A DNA stretch of 64,000 bases from Singulisphaera sp. GP187 (GTDB lineage: Bacteria > Planctomycetota > Planctomycetia > Gemmatales > Gemmataceae), in contig CAMDQN010000004.1 of the NCBI GenBank assembly GCA_945905925.1, positions 22,975 to 86,974 on the forward strand, read 5' to 3'. Below are positions 36,756-47,192 of the stretch, in pieces. The stretch's first letter is position 1, and each line of letters begins with the position of its first letter. The notes below the pieces were generated by a model. That model was not told the origin of the DNA. It ran no database searches and saw only the letters and a program-made list of their open reading frames with translations. The position numbers and the translations under genes are program-made.

Positions 36756-38096
36756 TCACACCAGTTTCCAGCCCTTGCGGTACTCGCGATGGATGAACGC
36801 GTCCGCTTCGGGACAGTTAGTTGCCTTCATCTTGGTCGCGTCCCATTCGAGCCGCTTGCCCGCGCGGAACGCGACGTTGCCCAGGTGGTTCGATTCCGTC
36901 AGCCACCCCGCGTACTCGAAGTTGCATGTGGTCGGCGCGCCGGTCTTGCACGCGTGAATCCACTCCGCGTAATGGCCCAGCGACTTCTCGATGAACGGCT
37001 TCGGACGCGCGAAGTCCGTGAACTGCTTCTCCGGCAACAGCACGTGCTTCGAGTAGTCCGAGAGCAGCATCCCTTTATCGCCAACGAACAGCACACCGCT
37101 GGGGTACTGCGGGATCTTCTTTTCGGTCCACTGCGACGGCTTGTAGCTCCCCTGGTGCCATGTCATCTTCACCGCGGGCATGTCGCCGCGCGCCGGGAAC
37201 TCGTAGGTCGCCTGCATCGACGCTGGTGCGATTTCGGGATGAGGTTTAGGGCCGTTGGCTTCCACCGCGGTCGGGGCTTTCAGTTTGAGCGCCCAGAACG
37301 GAAGGTCGTTCCAGTGCGAGCCGAGGTCGGACATGGTGCCGTTGCCGAAATCCCACCACCGGTACCACTTCGGCCCGGGCACGTACACCGGGTTGAACGG
37401 CCGGTCCGCGCACGGGCCAAGCCACAGTTCCCAGTTGAGTTCGGCCGGCGGCTTCACGTCGTCCTTCGGCCGCTCCGTGACATACACGATGTCCTTGTTC
37501 AACTTCGCGTCTTCGGCGGACTGAAGCCCCCACGCGCGCCCGACCCACACGTGAGCTTCCCGCACCGGGCCGATGGTGCCGGTCTGGATAAGTTCGACCA
37601 CGCGCCGGTAGTTGTCGGTCGCGTGAATCTGCGTGCCCATCTGCGTCGCGAGTTTGGTCTTCGCGGCGGCCTCGCGGATCACGCGCGCCTCCCAGATGTT
37701 GTGCGTCAGTGGCTTTTCGCAGTAGACGTGCTTGCCGGACTGAAGCGCGAGCAGCGTGGCGAACGCGTGTGTGTGTTCGCACGTGCTGACCACCACCGCA
37801 TCGAAGTCCTTCGCGGCTTTATCAAATAGTTGACGGAAGTCGGTGAACTTCGTGGCCTTCGTGTGCTTACTCGCGGCGGCATCGACGGCGGTGCTGCTCA
37901 CGTCGCAGAGCGCGACGATGTTCTCGCCCTCGACTCCCTTGAGGTTCGCGGCACCGCGACCGCCGGCGCCGATGATCGCGATGTTCAGTTTCTCGTTCGC
38001 GTTGCGGGCACGGAGAAAGCCGGGCGCGGCGAGGACAGCACCGGCCGCGGCGGAGGACTTCAAGAACGTGCGGCGGGACGTAGAGGAACGCAACAT
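36756..38096 (-). CDS. Tat-exported Gfo/Idh/MocA oxidoreductase, 446 aa
   Basis: SRRTFLK; [10 protein letters not shown]; HVYCEKPL; TQMGTQ; [18 protein letters not shown]. Confidence 0.92.
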   Translation of the reverse strand: MLRSSTSRRTFLKSSAAAGAVLAAPGFLRARNANEKLNIAIIGAGGRGAANLKGVEGENIVALCDVSSTAVDAAASKHTKATKFTDFRQLFDKAAKDFDAVVVSTCEHTHAFATLLALQSGKHVYCEKPLTHNIWEARVIREAAAKTKLATQMGTQIHATDNYRRVVELIQTGTIGPVREAHVWVGRAWGLQSAEDAKLNKDIVYVTERPKDDVKPPAELNWELWLGPCADRPFNPVYVPGPKWYRWWDFGNGTMSDLGSHWNDLPFWALKLKAPTAVEANGPKPHPEIAPASMQATYEFPARGDMPAVKMTWHQGSYKPSQWTEKKIPQYPSGVLFVGDKGMLLSDYSKHVLLPEKQFTDFARPKPFIEKSLGHYAEWIHACKTGAPTTCNFEYAGWLTESNHLGNVAFRAGKRLEWDATKMKATNCPEADAFIHREYRKGWKLV

Positions 38097-38180
38097 CGGC
38101 GGCTCCTGCGGTGAAGGGATGCGCCCGATTATCACGCGAGACGCGCGCAACACAAGGAGAAAGACGACAGCGTTTCAAGT

Positions 38181-38243
38181 GTAGGCAACTCGCTCCGCGA
38201 GTTGTCATTTCGGAACGGGTCACTCGCGGAGCGAGTGACCTAC
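38181..38243. repeat. GTAG-type REP doublet
   Basis: GTAGGCAACTCGCTCCGCGAGTTGTC and GGTCACTCGCGGAGCGAGTGACCTAC in inverted orientation. Each arm is a palindrome preceded by GTAG. Confidence 0.8.
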
Positions 38244-38327
38244 TCTTGAACCGCGTTGTGGACACGCTACCGCCCGGCGGCTACTCTCAATCGCGACCAC
38301 CTTTCCCGAACCGAAGGAGCCTCTCCA

Positions 38328-39746
38328 GTGTCCCGTCGAATCACACGCCGCCGCGCGCTTCAGCTCGGAACCGCCGGCACACTCGGTTACCTGTTCACCG
38401 GTCCCAGTTACTCGGTCCTGCGCGCCTACGGCGCCAACGAGAAGATTCGCGTCGCCGGGATCGGCGTCGGCGGGAAGGGGTCCGGTGATATCGAACAAGC
38501 CGGAAAGTTCATGGATGTCGTCGCGCTCTGCGACATCGACGACGCTCGCCTGAATGCCCGCGCCGCGACGTGGCCCACCGCGAAGAAGTTCTTCGACTAT
38601 CGGAAGCTGTTCGACGAAATGGCGAAGGAGATCGACGCCGTCACCGTGTCCACCGCGGACCACTCGCACGCCCCCGCGTCGGTACTCGCGATGCGGTTGG
38701 GCAAACACGTGTACTGCCAAAAGCCGCTCACGCACACGGTCTTCGAGGCACGCGTGATGCGCGAGGTCGCGGCGAAGCACAACGTCTGCACGCAGATGGG
38801 GAACCAGGGTTCGGCGCTCAACGGCTTACGGCGCGCGGTCGAACTGATTCACGCGGGCACCATCGGAGCGGTGCGCGAGGCGCACGTCTGGACGAATAGA
38901 CCCGCGCACTACTGGAAGCAATCGCCCGACATCGTCGGGCGCCCGAAAGAGGCGCCAATCCCCAAAGGTGTTCACTGGGAAGAGTTCATCGGACCGGCCC
39001 CGATGCGACCCTACGCGGTGGCGTTCGCACCGCGGCCCGCGTACCACCCGCACGACTGGCGCGGGTTCTGGGACTTCGGCACCGGGGCGCTCGGCGACAT
39101 GGCCTGCCACACCGCGAACATGGCGTTCCGCGCGATGAAACTCGATGCGCCAATCGCCGTGAGTGCCGAGGCCGCGGAGATCAACGCGGAGACGTTCCCC
39201 GCGTGGGCACACATTCAGTACATGTTCGCGGCGCGCGGCGAATTGCCAGCCTGCACGCTCCACTGGTACGAAGGCAAGAAGGACGGCAAGACCGTGCTTC
39301 CGCCGGAAGAGTTGCTCGCGAAGCTCCTCAAGAAGGGCGAAAAACTGTCCGACAGCGGCTCGATCCTGGTAGGCGACAAGGGCGTTCTCTTTAGTCCGAA
39401 CGACTACGGCGCGCAGTTTAGGTTCACGCCAGAGAAAGACTTCGCGGGTATCCAGACGGCGAAGCCCGAGAAGAACCCCGAAGGCGTCGATAAGGACCAC
39501 GACGCGCACATGAAGAAGGAATGGGCGGACGCGATCCGGGCCGGAAAGCCGTCGCTGGCGTCGTCGAACTTCGACTACGCGGCGCGGCTCACCGAAACGA
39601 TGCTGATGGGCAACATCGCGGTGCGGTTCGCGGGCAAGAAGTTGGAATGGGACGCGGCAAAGATGAAGTTCACGAACTCCGACGCGGCGACGAAGCTCGT
39701 GAGCAAGGAGTACCGTAAGGGGTGGGACTTCCTGACCGCGAAGTGA
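38328..39746 (+). CDS. Tat-exported Gfo/Idh/MocA oxidoreductase, 472 aa
   Basis: AAGGAG RBS, GTG start; TRRRALQ; AGIGVGGKG; HVYCQKPL; WRGFWDFGTGALGDMACH. Confidence 0.92.
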   Translation: MSRRITRRRALQLGTAGTLGYLFTGPSYSVLRAYGANEKIRVAGIGVGGKGSGDIEQAGKFMDVVALCDIDDARLNARAATWPTAKKFFDYRKLFDEMAKEIDAVTVSTADHSHAPASVLAMRLGKHVYCQKPLTHTVFEARVMREVAAKHNVCTQMGNQGSALNGLRRAVELIHAGTIGAVREAHVWTNRPAHYWKQSPDIVGRPKEAPIPKGVHWEEFIGPAPMRPYAVAFAPRPAYHPHDWRGFWDFGTGALGDMACHTANMAFRAMKLDAPIAVSAEAAEINAETFPAWAHIQYMFAARGELPACTLHWYEGKKDGKTVLPPEELLAKLLKKGEKLSDSGSILVGDKGVLFSPNDYGAQFRFTPEKDFAGIQTAKPEKNPEGVDKDHDAHMKKEWADAIRAGKPSLASSNFDYAARLTETMLMGNIAVRFAGKKLEWDAAKMKFTNSDAATKLVSKEYRKGWDFLTAK

Positions 39747-39759
39747 CCGCGAACCGTTT

Positions 39760-39868
39760 GTTTGCTGTGGTCCGGTCACTCCGTGACCGGGTGCATCGCG
39801 TAGGGCGCGGCCCACTTCCGTCTACCACCCGCTTGTCCCGGTCACGGAGTGACCGGACCACAGCAAAC
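39760..39868. repeat. REP-like inverted doublet (GGTCACTCCGTGACC family)
   Basis: Perfect 32-bp arms, GTTTGCTGTGGTCCGGTCACTCCGTGACCGGG and its reverse complement; each arm is self-palindromic. Confidence 0.9.
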
Positions 39869-39872
39869 GGGC

Positions 39873-40304
39873 CTACTTACTCGACAAGTCGATGTTGTGC
39901 GTGATCGGTTTCGCGTCCGGCTCCACGGTCAGTTCGAGCTTGCTCTGCGATGCGTCCTGATAGCGCGGCGGCAAGAAACTGACCACCGGCTTCCCGTCCA
40001 TGTTCGGTGCGGTTTTCCAGCAGTCCACGCGGAGCGTGTACTTCCCCGGTAGTAGTCCGTCTCCGGCGGTAAACGTCTTCGCTTGATAGTTCCCCTCCGC
40101 GTCGAACTCGGCGGTCCCCGGGCGCGAGATGGCGACCTTGCCCGTTCCGTCCGTCGTGAAGTAAATGAACCCCGGACCCGGCACCTTTCCGCCGTCGAGT
40201 GTCACCTTGCCGGAGACCGGGGTACACTTCAGTTCGTCCTTGCCGCACCCCGCAGCCAAGAGAATCAGAACGAACACGGTAAGTCCGCGAAGACGGGTGG
40301 ACAT
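39873..40304 (-). CDS. DUF1559-associated lipoprotein (carboxypeptidase-regulatory-like fold), 143 aa
   Basis: Lipobox LAAG-C; PVSGKVTLDG; DAEGNY; GLLPGKYTLRV; P.RY; lies downstream of the DUF1559 gene. Confidence 0.8.
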   Translation of the reverse strand: MSTRLRGLTVFVLILLAAGCGKDELKCTPVSGKVTLDGGKVPGPGFIYFTTDGTGKVAISRPGTAEFDAEGNYQAKTFTAGDGLLPGKYTLRVDCWKTAPNMDGKPVVSFLPPRYQDASQSKLELTVEPDAKPITHNIDLSSK

Positions 40305-40365
40305 CGATGACACCGTTCGTGGGAATCGGAAAGCGGAACCGCGGGCCAAGAGCAACAACAGGGCG

Positions 40366-41301
40366 TCAGTTCGGGGACACGACTTCTCCACCGGCGCGCG
40401 TGCCGAGACCGTTGTAGACCGTGTAATCAATCGCGGTCTTCAGGAACAATACGCTCCCGTCGCCCATAACGAAGTTCGCCCCGCCGGTGTGCATACTCTT
40501 GTACCCACAGGTTCGGAACCAGTTCGTATCGATTGCCGTCTCCATCGTGTTCATCGGAATCGAGGTTCCCGAGAGTGGGAAGTTCTGACTGTACAACCCC
40601 ATAAAGGTGCAGTGCCCCGGCAGCGTTTCCCCGGCCATGATCGTATTCGAGAGTCCGTCGGTCACGTGGGCGAATCGGATAGTCACCACATCGGTGCGTC
40701 CGAACATTCCGACGGACGACCCCGCTGGGTAGCCGTTCCCGGCGGTCGTCCCGAAGTTGTTCCCCTGACAACAGGGGTTGGTCGCGGACGGGGTGCCGTT
40801 CGGGCAGAACGGGCACTGGTCCATCTGCGTCGGCCCCATGCTCGCGGGATACCACAGAGCGTGAGCGGGAGTGATGTTGTGCGCCGCGAACCGGGTCATG
40901 ATCGGGTTCGTGGAAGCTGGGTCGGCCGGGCAGATGAACATCGGGACGACCTGTTGAACCACCGTGGCGTTGACCGCGTTCTTGAGGCCCGTCGCGATGG
41001 TCAGGTTCAGGGAGTTGTAGGTGTTCTGCTGTTCCGAATAGGGCATGATCGAGACGGCCCAGTTCGGCCCGGTCGGGGTGCAGCAGACGCCGGTGCCGAA
41101 CGGGAGTTGCTGGGTAGCCAACTCGAAGTTGTGAATCGCCAGCCCGATCTGCTTGAGGTTGTTGGCGCACTTCATGCGGGCCGCCGCGGCGCGGACCTTC
41201 TGCACCGCCGGGAGCAGCAAGCCGATCAAGATCGCAATAATCGCGATCACCACCAATAACTCGATGAGCGTGAAACCCAGACGCGAGCGGAACCGGACCA
41301 T
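40366..41301 (-). CDS. DUF1559 prepilin-type N-terminal cleavage/methylation protein, 311 aa
   Basis: [49 protein letters not shown]; DGLSNT; H-X9-DG ([12 protein letters not shown]); GGEVV. Confidence 0.95.
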   Translation of the reverse strand: MVRFRSRLGFTLIELLVVIAIIAILIGLLLPAVQKVRAAAARMKCANNLKQIGLAIHNFELATQQLPFGTGVCCTPTGPNWAVSIMPYSEQQNTYNSLNLTIATGLKNAVNATVVQQVVPMFICPADPASTNPIMTRFAAHNITPAHALWYPASMGPTQMDQCPFCPNGTPSATNPCCQGNNFGTTAGNGYPAGSSVGMFGRTDVVTIRFAHVTDGLSNTIMAGETLPGHCTFMGLYSQNFPLSGTSIPMNTMETAIDTNWFRTCGYKSMHTGGANFVMGDGSVLFLKTAIDYTVYNGLGTRAGGEVVSPN

Positions 41302-41401
41302 GACCGACCTCCGACGTGCAGAGGGAAGCAGATAGAGAAATGAGAATACCCGATCGGGCGGCCGTGTCGAGCGCGAATCGGGCCGCTGGCAATTCTTCAC
41401 T

Positions 41402-41596
41402 TCACGCGGACACGAACGGGCGCCGACACAGCAACACGAGCGACCAACCGACCGGCACCGCGACGACGAAAATCCCGAACAGCATCGTGTACCCGAGCGC
41501 CGACCACGCGCGAGTGCGGTCCGCCAAGATCTGATCCGAAATCGCCCGCACCACGCCCCCGACGATCACGCCGAGAACGCCGAGCACGACCGGCAC
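41402..41596 (-). CDS. Possible small two-TM membrane protein (~64 aa; start uncertain)
   Basis: Two hydrophobic helices ([21 protein letters not shown] and [24 protein letters not shown]); no clear RBS. Confidence 0.35.
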   Translation of the reverse strand: MPVVLGVLGVIVGGVVRAISDQILADRTRAWSALGYTMLFGIFVVAVPVGWSLVLLCRRPFVSA

Positions 41597-41967
41597 GAGG
41601 GACCAGATCAGAGCGCGGCGCGAGCGGGCGCACCGACGCGCGAATGCACACCACTACCGCGACTAACCCCCGAGCATTCGCCGCCGGACTCGACCCGTCC
41701 GCGTCCCGTGCTACCTATCTTCACCAGATTCGCGGAGCGGAACGGGCGACATTCCCGTTACATGCGCTCCAAATCGCAATCAGCCTCAAGGTGCGTGTCC
41801 GGCTGTGCCGATTGTTCCCGTTAGCAGGACGACGTGCGTTGTCCGGGTTGGGGGCGGTGTATCGGGGGATACCCGCGACCCTACGATTCGGAGTGCCGGA
41901 GATACTGGGGGAGTGCTCGGCCGGCGGCCGCCTCGTCCCGCCACGACTGGCAGAGCAGGAGCGTGCC

Positions 41968-43644
41968 ATGCGAAAGGGATTGTTGGGATCGATCACGGCC
42001 CTGGCCGCCGGGGCCGGGGCCGCCTGGGGGCAACCCCCGGTTGCGCCGGGAGGCCCGCCCGTCGGGTTCCCTGGTGGGACCGGCGTGCCCGCGCCACCGC
42101 TTGGGGGACCGCCAACGTTCGGCGGGTTCCCGGGCAACTCGATCCCGGGTAACGCCGGGTTCGCGCCGCCACCGGTCATCATGCCACCGGGCAACTACGG
42201 ACCGCCCGGCGACCCGTTGGGCCTCGGTCGGGTCGGGGGCTTCGGCCAACCGCCCGGTCCGATGTGGCCACCGCCCGGCCCATACGACGCCCAGTCATTC
42301 CAACCGGTCCCGCCGATGCCCAACATCCGCGGCGACAACCCGGACGGGCGCGGCGGTCGGTTCGGGCGCGGCGGAGACCTGGGATACGGCGCCGCGCCCC
42401 GTTGGTGGGTGGATGGCGAGTACCTGTTGTGGTTCAACCGCGACCAGCCGATCAACTCGCCACTGCTGACCACCAGCGCCCCGAGCGATGCTGGCCTGCC
42501 CGGAGCAGCCAGCACCACCGTACTGGTTGGCGACCGGAACGTGGACTACGGCTTGATCCACGGGTTCCGGTTGTCAGCCGGGTTCTTCGGCGACGCCGAC
42601 CGCCGGTTCGGGTTCAACCTGAGCGGGTTCACGAGCGAGCAGAAGGCGAACTTCCAGCCGTTCGGCGGGGCGCAGAACAACATCGGCCTCCCGGTACTGG
42701 CCCGACCGTTCATCGACTCCACCACCGGTGCGCAGAGCAGCGTCGTGCTGTCCGGCCCCGACTTCGGCCCGTCCGGGGCGGTGTTCACCACCCGCTCGCA
42801 GACGTACAGCATCGAGCCGTCAGCGGTGTGGAACCTGTATCGATCGGCGCCCGACTCACGGCTGGCGGTGTCGCTCGATTTCCTCGCCGGATACCGATAC
42901 CTTGAACTCAAGGAATCGCTGTCCCTGGATACCCGCACCACCCTGAATGGTCAGTTCTTCCCGCCAGTGTTCGTCGTCGGGCCATTCGGTGTCGTCACCG
43001 CGGTAAACTCGGTGACACCAGTGCCGGCCCAAACCACCCTCGGCGGGGTGAACGTGGTGGCTCCGACGGCGATCATCGACACCCGCGACAACTTCCGCGT
43101 GCGGAACAAGTTCAACGGTTCGTCGTTCGCCCTCCGAGGCGAGGCGCGATACGGGATGGTCACGACGAGCACGTTCGCCAAACTGGGGGTGGGTAATCTG
43201 ACCGAACGGTTGGAGGTGCTTGGCGGCAGCACGCTGACCGATCCCAGCGGCCGGTCCGGGTCGCAGTTCGGGGCCAACCCGAACGGGATCCCGTTCGGGT
43301 TGCCTGTGACTGGCCGCACCACCGGCACGGCATATGGCGGGTTGCTTGCCGCCAACGGGCAGATCGGCACCTTTGATCGCGACCGGTTCACCCTCGTGCC
43401 CGAGTTCGGCGGCACCGTCGGCATCGCCCTGACGCGAGGGCTGACCGGGTTCATCGGGTGGAACCTCCTGCTCATGCCGGACGTGATTCGTCCGGGCGAC
43501 CAGATAAGCCCGACGCTCAACAGCGCTGCGGTTCCGTTCAGCCCAAACTACGGGACGGCTGCGCCCCGGACCGGCACATTCTCCTTCGTCGAGACCGACT
43601 ACTGGATCGGCGGCGTTAACTTCGGTCTGACCCTCCGGTACTGA
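41968..43644 (+). CDS. BBP7-family (DUF1551) outer-membrane beta-barrel protein, 558 aa
   Basis: AGGAG RBS; signal [21 protein letters not shown]; Pro/Gly-rich N-terminus; [37 protein letters not shown]; C-terminal [14 protein letters not shown]. Confidence 0.88.
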   Translation: MRKGLLGSITALAAGAGAAWGQPPVAPGGPPVGFPGGTGVPAPPLGGPPTFGGFPGNSIPGNAGFAPPPVIMPPGNYGPPGDPLGLGRVGGFGQPPGPMWPPPGPYDAQSFQPVPPMPNIRGDNPDGRGGRFGRGGDLGYGAAPRWWVDGEYLLWFNRDQPINSPLLTTSAPSDAGLPGAASTTVLVGDRNVDYGLIHGFRLSAGFFGDADRRFGFNLSGFTSEQKANFQPFGGAQNNIGLPVLARPFIDSTTGAQSSVVLSGPDFGPSGAVFTTRSQTYSIEPSAVWNLYRSAPDSRLAVSLDFLAGYRYLELKESLSLDTRTTLNGQFFPPVFVVGPFGVVTAVNSVTPVPAQTTLGGVNVVAPTAIIDTRDNFRVRNKFNGSSFALRGEARYGMVTTSTFAKLGVGNLTERLEVLGGSTLTDPSGRSGSQFGANPNGIPFGLPVTGRTTGTAYGGLLAANGQIGTFDRDRFTLVPEFGGTVGIALTRGLTGFIGWNLLLMPDVIRPGDQISPTLNSAAVPFSPNYGTAAPRTGTFSFVETDYWIGGVNFGLTLRY

Positions 43645-43670
43645 TCCCCGGTTACGCGAACGCACGCTCT

Positions 43671-43697
43671 CCGCCCGCGGTGACGAACCGCGGGCGG
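43671..43697 (+). terminator. Hairpin after the BBP7 gene
   Basis: 11-bp stem CCGCCCGCGGT/ACCGCGGGCGG. Confidence 0.55.
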
Positions 43698-43705
43698 CTC
43701 CGTTT

Positions 43706-43740
43706 GCGGAAAGACAGAAGGCGGAAGGCGGAATAGAAAA
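43706..43740 (+). repeat. Degenerate heptamer repeat (GGCGGAA-like) upstream of hisG
   Basis: GCGGAAA GACAGAA GGCGGAA GGCGGAA TAGAAAA. Confidence 0.5.
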
Positions 43741-43777
43741 CACCAAGTGTTGCATTCCGCGTTGTTCAAGGACTGTG

Positions 43778-44653
43778 ATGGAAAACGTGTTGAAATTGGG
43801 ACTCCCGGCCGGGTCGCTGCAGGAAGCGACTGCCGAACTGTTCCGTAAGGCCGGGTACAAGATCACCTTCCCGTCCCGCAGTTACTACCCCGCGATCGAC
43901 GACCCAGAGTTGCACTGCACGCTCATCCGCGCACAGGAGATGGGACGTTACGTCGCCGACGGTTCGCTCGACTGCGGGCTGACCGGGCACGACTGGGTCG
44001 TCGAGAGCGACGCCCAAATCACCGAACTGGCCGAACTCGTTTTCAGTAAGGTGAGCCGCCGCCCGGTGCGGTGGGTGCTCGCGGTCCCCAACAATTCGCC
44101 CATCCAAGGGCCGAAGGACTTACAGGGAAAGCGCATCGCCACCGAAGTGGTGAACATCACCAGGAGGTGGCTCGCGTCTCATGGCGTTACCGCGAACGTC
44201 GAATTCAGTTGGGGCGCGACCGAGGTGAAGCCGCCCAAGTTCGCAGACGCGATCGTCGAGGTCACCGAGACCGGCAACTCGCTCCGCGCCAACGGCTTGC
44301 GGATCGTGTGCGACCTGTTGAGCAGCACGACGCGGTTCGTCGCGAACCCGGTCGCGGCGATCGACCCGTGGAAGCGCCAGAAGATGGACGACTTGATTCT
44401 CATGCTCAAAGGGGCAATGGCGGCCGAGGGGAAGGTCGGGCTGATGATGAACGTGCGCCACGCCGACCTGGCCCGCGTTCTCGCGCAACTCCCGGCGCTG
44501 AAGAACCCAACCATCGCGCCGCTGGCCGACCCGGACTTCGTCGCGGTGAACACGATCATCGACGAGGACACGGTGCGGCACATCATCCCGCAACTGAAGG
44601 CCGCCGGCGCCAGCGGCATCGTCGAGTACCCGCTCACGAAGATCATCGACTGA
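43778..44653 (+). CDS. hisG: ATP phosphoribosyltransferase, long form, ~291 aa
   Basis: [50 protein letters not shown]; C-terminal regulatory domain (PTIAPL...LKAAGASGI). Confidence 0.96.
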   Translation: MENVLKLGLPAGSLQEATAELFRKAGYKITFPSRSYYPAIDDPELHCTLIRAQEMGRYVADGSLDCGLTGHDWVVESDAQITELAELVFSKVSRRPVRWVLAVPNNSPIQGPKDLQGKRIATEVVNITRRWLASHGVTANVEFSWGATEVKPPKFADAIVEVTETGNSLRANGLRIVCDLLSSTTRFVANPVAAIDPWKRQKMDDLILMLKGAMAAEGKVGLMMNVRHADLARVLAQLPALKNPTIAPLADPDFVAVNTIIDEDTVRHIIPQLKAAGASGIVEYPLTKIID

Positions 44654-44754
44654 AGTGCGCGTAGTACCAGCACAACCGCAAGGTTCGCTTTGATGTTCTT
44701 CCTTGACCGCCGGCTGAACAGGAAGCCGGAACCAACCGAAGGTTCATCACTGCG

Positions 44755-46179
44755 TCACTTCGAGAACCCCGGCGCGGCCACAAAGTTCGTCACCGCGTCG
44801 CCGGTCTTGGTGTCAAACACGTGGACGAGTCCGTCGAATCCACCCGTTGCGGCGCGCCCGGTTTGGGGGTGAACTGCGACCGCGTACACCCAGTCGGTGT
44901 GCTTCGCGTACTCGCGGATCAACTTGCCCGACGCAACATCGTGTTCGCGCAGTACTCCGTCGCCGCCGGCGGAGAACGCGTGCCCGCCGCCGAGCGCCAT
45001 CGCGAACACCGGCTTCCCAACGGCGAACTCCAAATACCGCGTGTGACCGGCCTTCTTGAACCGCTCTTCCATGTCCGCGGCGCTGCCGTTCTCGTCCTGC
45101 GTCTTCACCGGATCCCACGCGCGAATTGCCGCGCCACCGCCAACGGAAAGCGCGGTTCCGGTCGCATCGAACGCGACCGCGTACACCTCGAACTGCCCGA
45201 CGTGCGGCGCGTACTGTCGACGGTGCCCGTTGAACGTGGTGAACAACTTCCCGGTGTTCGCTTCGAGCACTTTCACCGTGCGGTCCTTGCTGCTGGTCGC
45301 GACCCACTTTCCGTCCGGGCTGAACGCGACTCCGGTGATCCAATCTGAATGAAGCGATGCGCGCCACGCTACTTTGCCATCCGCGAAGTGATACGCGCGT
45401 GCGGTGCGGTCCGCGCTTCCGGCCGCGACGAGTTTCCCATCTGACGAGAACGCGGCCGACAACACGATGTCATCGAAGGTGCCGAACACGCGAACACGTT
45501 CGCCGGTCTTCGCGTCCACGAGCGCGATCTCGCCGTACTCGCCCGTGGTGCCGCCGCCGACGATCAAGTGTTTGCCGTCGCTGGTGTAAGTGAGCGCGTG
45601 AACGCGGGTGGGGAGTCGCGGGAGTCGGCGGAGCAACTTGCCGTTCACGGCGTCCCAGACGGTGACTTCGTTCACGCCGCCTGTGGCGAGTTCCTTACCG
45701 TCAGGCGAGAACGTGATCGCGAACACCGGCGCCGCGACCGGGTATTTCTCCGGCGCGGCCGGGTGCTTGCGTGCCGGAAGAATGCTCTTGATCGCCGCGG
45801 TGCGGTCGGACCCGTCGAACGTGCCGCCGGCCGCGATCCACTTCTTGATGGCCGCGATCTCGTTGGTTGAGAGAGCATCATCGCCTGGCGGCATGCGCTC
45901 CTTCGGGTTCTCCGCGACGAGCCGCCGGTACAATTCGGACTCCTCCGGCTTACCGGGTACCACGGGCTTCGCGTCCGACGTACCGGGCTGAAGGAGATTC
46001 GCGAACGTGTCCAGTTTGTACGCGCTGCGGGCCTTCGCGCCGTTGTGGCAACTCGCGCACCGCGATACCAGCACCGGCGCCACGTCCGAGAGGAACGCCG
46101 GGTCCGCGGCGCAAGCCGGCGCGGGCGTCGCGAAGGCGCACAGCACGACGAGAGCGCGAAGTAAGCGAAAGCGATTCAT
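44755..46179 (-). CDS. Planctomycete cytochrome c domain (PSCyt1) + WD40 repeat protein, 474 aa
   Basis: Signal peptide; RCASCH; VVPGKPEESELY..MPP...IKKWI; WD40 repeats (AITFSPDG, HSDWITGVAFSPDG, HTDWVYAVA). Confidence 0.9.
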   Translation of the reverse strand: MNRFRLLRALVVLCAFATPAPACAADPAFLSDVAPVLVSRCASCHNGAKARSAYKLDTFANLLQPGTSDAKPVVPGKPEESELYRRLVAENPKERMPPGDDALSTNEIAAIKKWIAAGGTFDGSDRTAAIKSILPARKHPAAPEKYPVAAPVFAITFSPDGKELATGGVNEVTVWDAVNGKLLRRLPRLPTRVHALTYTSDGKHLIVGGGTTGEYGEIALVDAKTGERVRVFGTFDDIVLSAAFSSDGKLVAAGSADRTARAYHFADGKVAWRASLHSDWITGVAFSPDGKWVATSSKDRTVKVLEANTGKLFTTFNGHRRQYAPHVGQFEVYAVAFDATGTALSVGGGAAIRAWDPVKTQDENGSAADMEERFKKAGHTRYLEFAVGKPVFAMALGGGHAFSAGGDGVLREHDVASGKLIREYAKHTDWVYAVAVHPQTGRAATGGFDGLVHVFDTKTGDAVTNFVAAPGFSK

Positions 46180-46220
46180 AACGATCCGCGTCAGTAGAAG
46201 TAATAACTCGTGCCGCGCGA

Positions 46221-47183
46221 TCATTCGCCGGCATCGCACACGACCAACCCCTCTTCGCCAGCCGCGGCGAACGTCAACCCGTCCGGCGAGTACGCCAGGG
46301 CGTGAACCAGGCCGATCCCGAAATCATACGCGGTCTTCTTCGAGCGAGTGGCGGTGTCGTAGACCTCGACCGTCGGTCGGCCGCCGACAAGGACCGTCTT
46401 GCCGTCCGGCGAGGCGGCCAGCGCCGAGACGGTGCGAATACCAGTTTTCACGCGCGTCGGCTTGGCCTGCCGGACTGGGTTCACGAACTCCAGAAAACTG
46501 TTCGATGCGACCACCGCGAGTTCCGCACCGGGCACGAACGCCACCGCGGGCGACCAACTCGCGGAGAGCGGATACCTCAACCCGTCGGAGGCGTCTGGAC
46601 GTTCGAGGAACACCACCGACGACTTGCGCGTCACCGCGATTCCATGCCCGACGGGCGCGAACGCGACGGCGTAAATGTCGTCGCCCGGCAGCGGGTGTTG
46701 TTCGTCCCCCGCGCCAGCGCGCCAGAAGAAGCCGCCCGCGCCGTCCGGGATGTTCCCGCCGCCCGGTCGCCGCACCGCCGCCGCGAGGTACTGTCCGTCG
46801 GCCGAGAACGACAGCGACCAGACGGTGCGGGCCGTCGCGACTTCTTCGGACACGAAGCCAGCGACCGGGTCATGGCGATAGATCCGTCCGCGGGTATGAG
46901 CCTCGTACCGACCGGCGGGCTTGCCGGTGAAGTCGCGGGCCGGCGCGATGCTGAACACGGCCAATGACGCGGGGCGCCCGCCATAGACGATGTTCTGACC
47001 GTCGGGCGGCACCGCGACCGCGTAGGTCACCTGACCGGTCTTGATCGTTGTGAGGCACACGCCGGAAATCGGATCCCACACGCGAACGGTCTTGTCACCC
47101 CCACAGGAGATGATGCGCCCATCCGGCGCGAACGTCACGCCGCGAACGTCCCTCTTGTGCCCGACCAGTTTGAGCATCGTCAC
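46221..47183 (-). CDS. WD40 repeat protein, ~320 aa
   Basis: GHKRDVRGVTFAPDG...DKTVRVWD; LSFSADG; ALAASPDG; ALAYSPDG. No signal peptide. Confidence 0.85.
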   Translation of the reverse strand: MTMLKLVGHKRDVRGVTFAPDGRIISCGGDKTVRVWDPISGVCLTTIKTGQVTYAVAVPPDGQNIVYGGRPASLAVFSIAPARDFTGKPAGRYEAHTRGRIYRHDPVAGFVSEEVATARTVWSLSFSADGQYLAAAVRRPGGGNIPDGAGGFFWRAGAGDEQHPLPGDDIYAVAFAPVGHGIAVTRKSSVVFLERPDASDGLRYPLSASWSPAVAFVPGAELAVVASNSFLEFVNPVRQAKPTRVKTGIRTVSALAASPDGKTVLVGGRPTVEVYDTATRSKKTAYDFGIGLVHALAYSPDGLTFAAAGEEGLVVCDAGE

Positions 47184-47192
47184 CCCGGCGCA

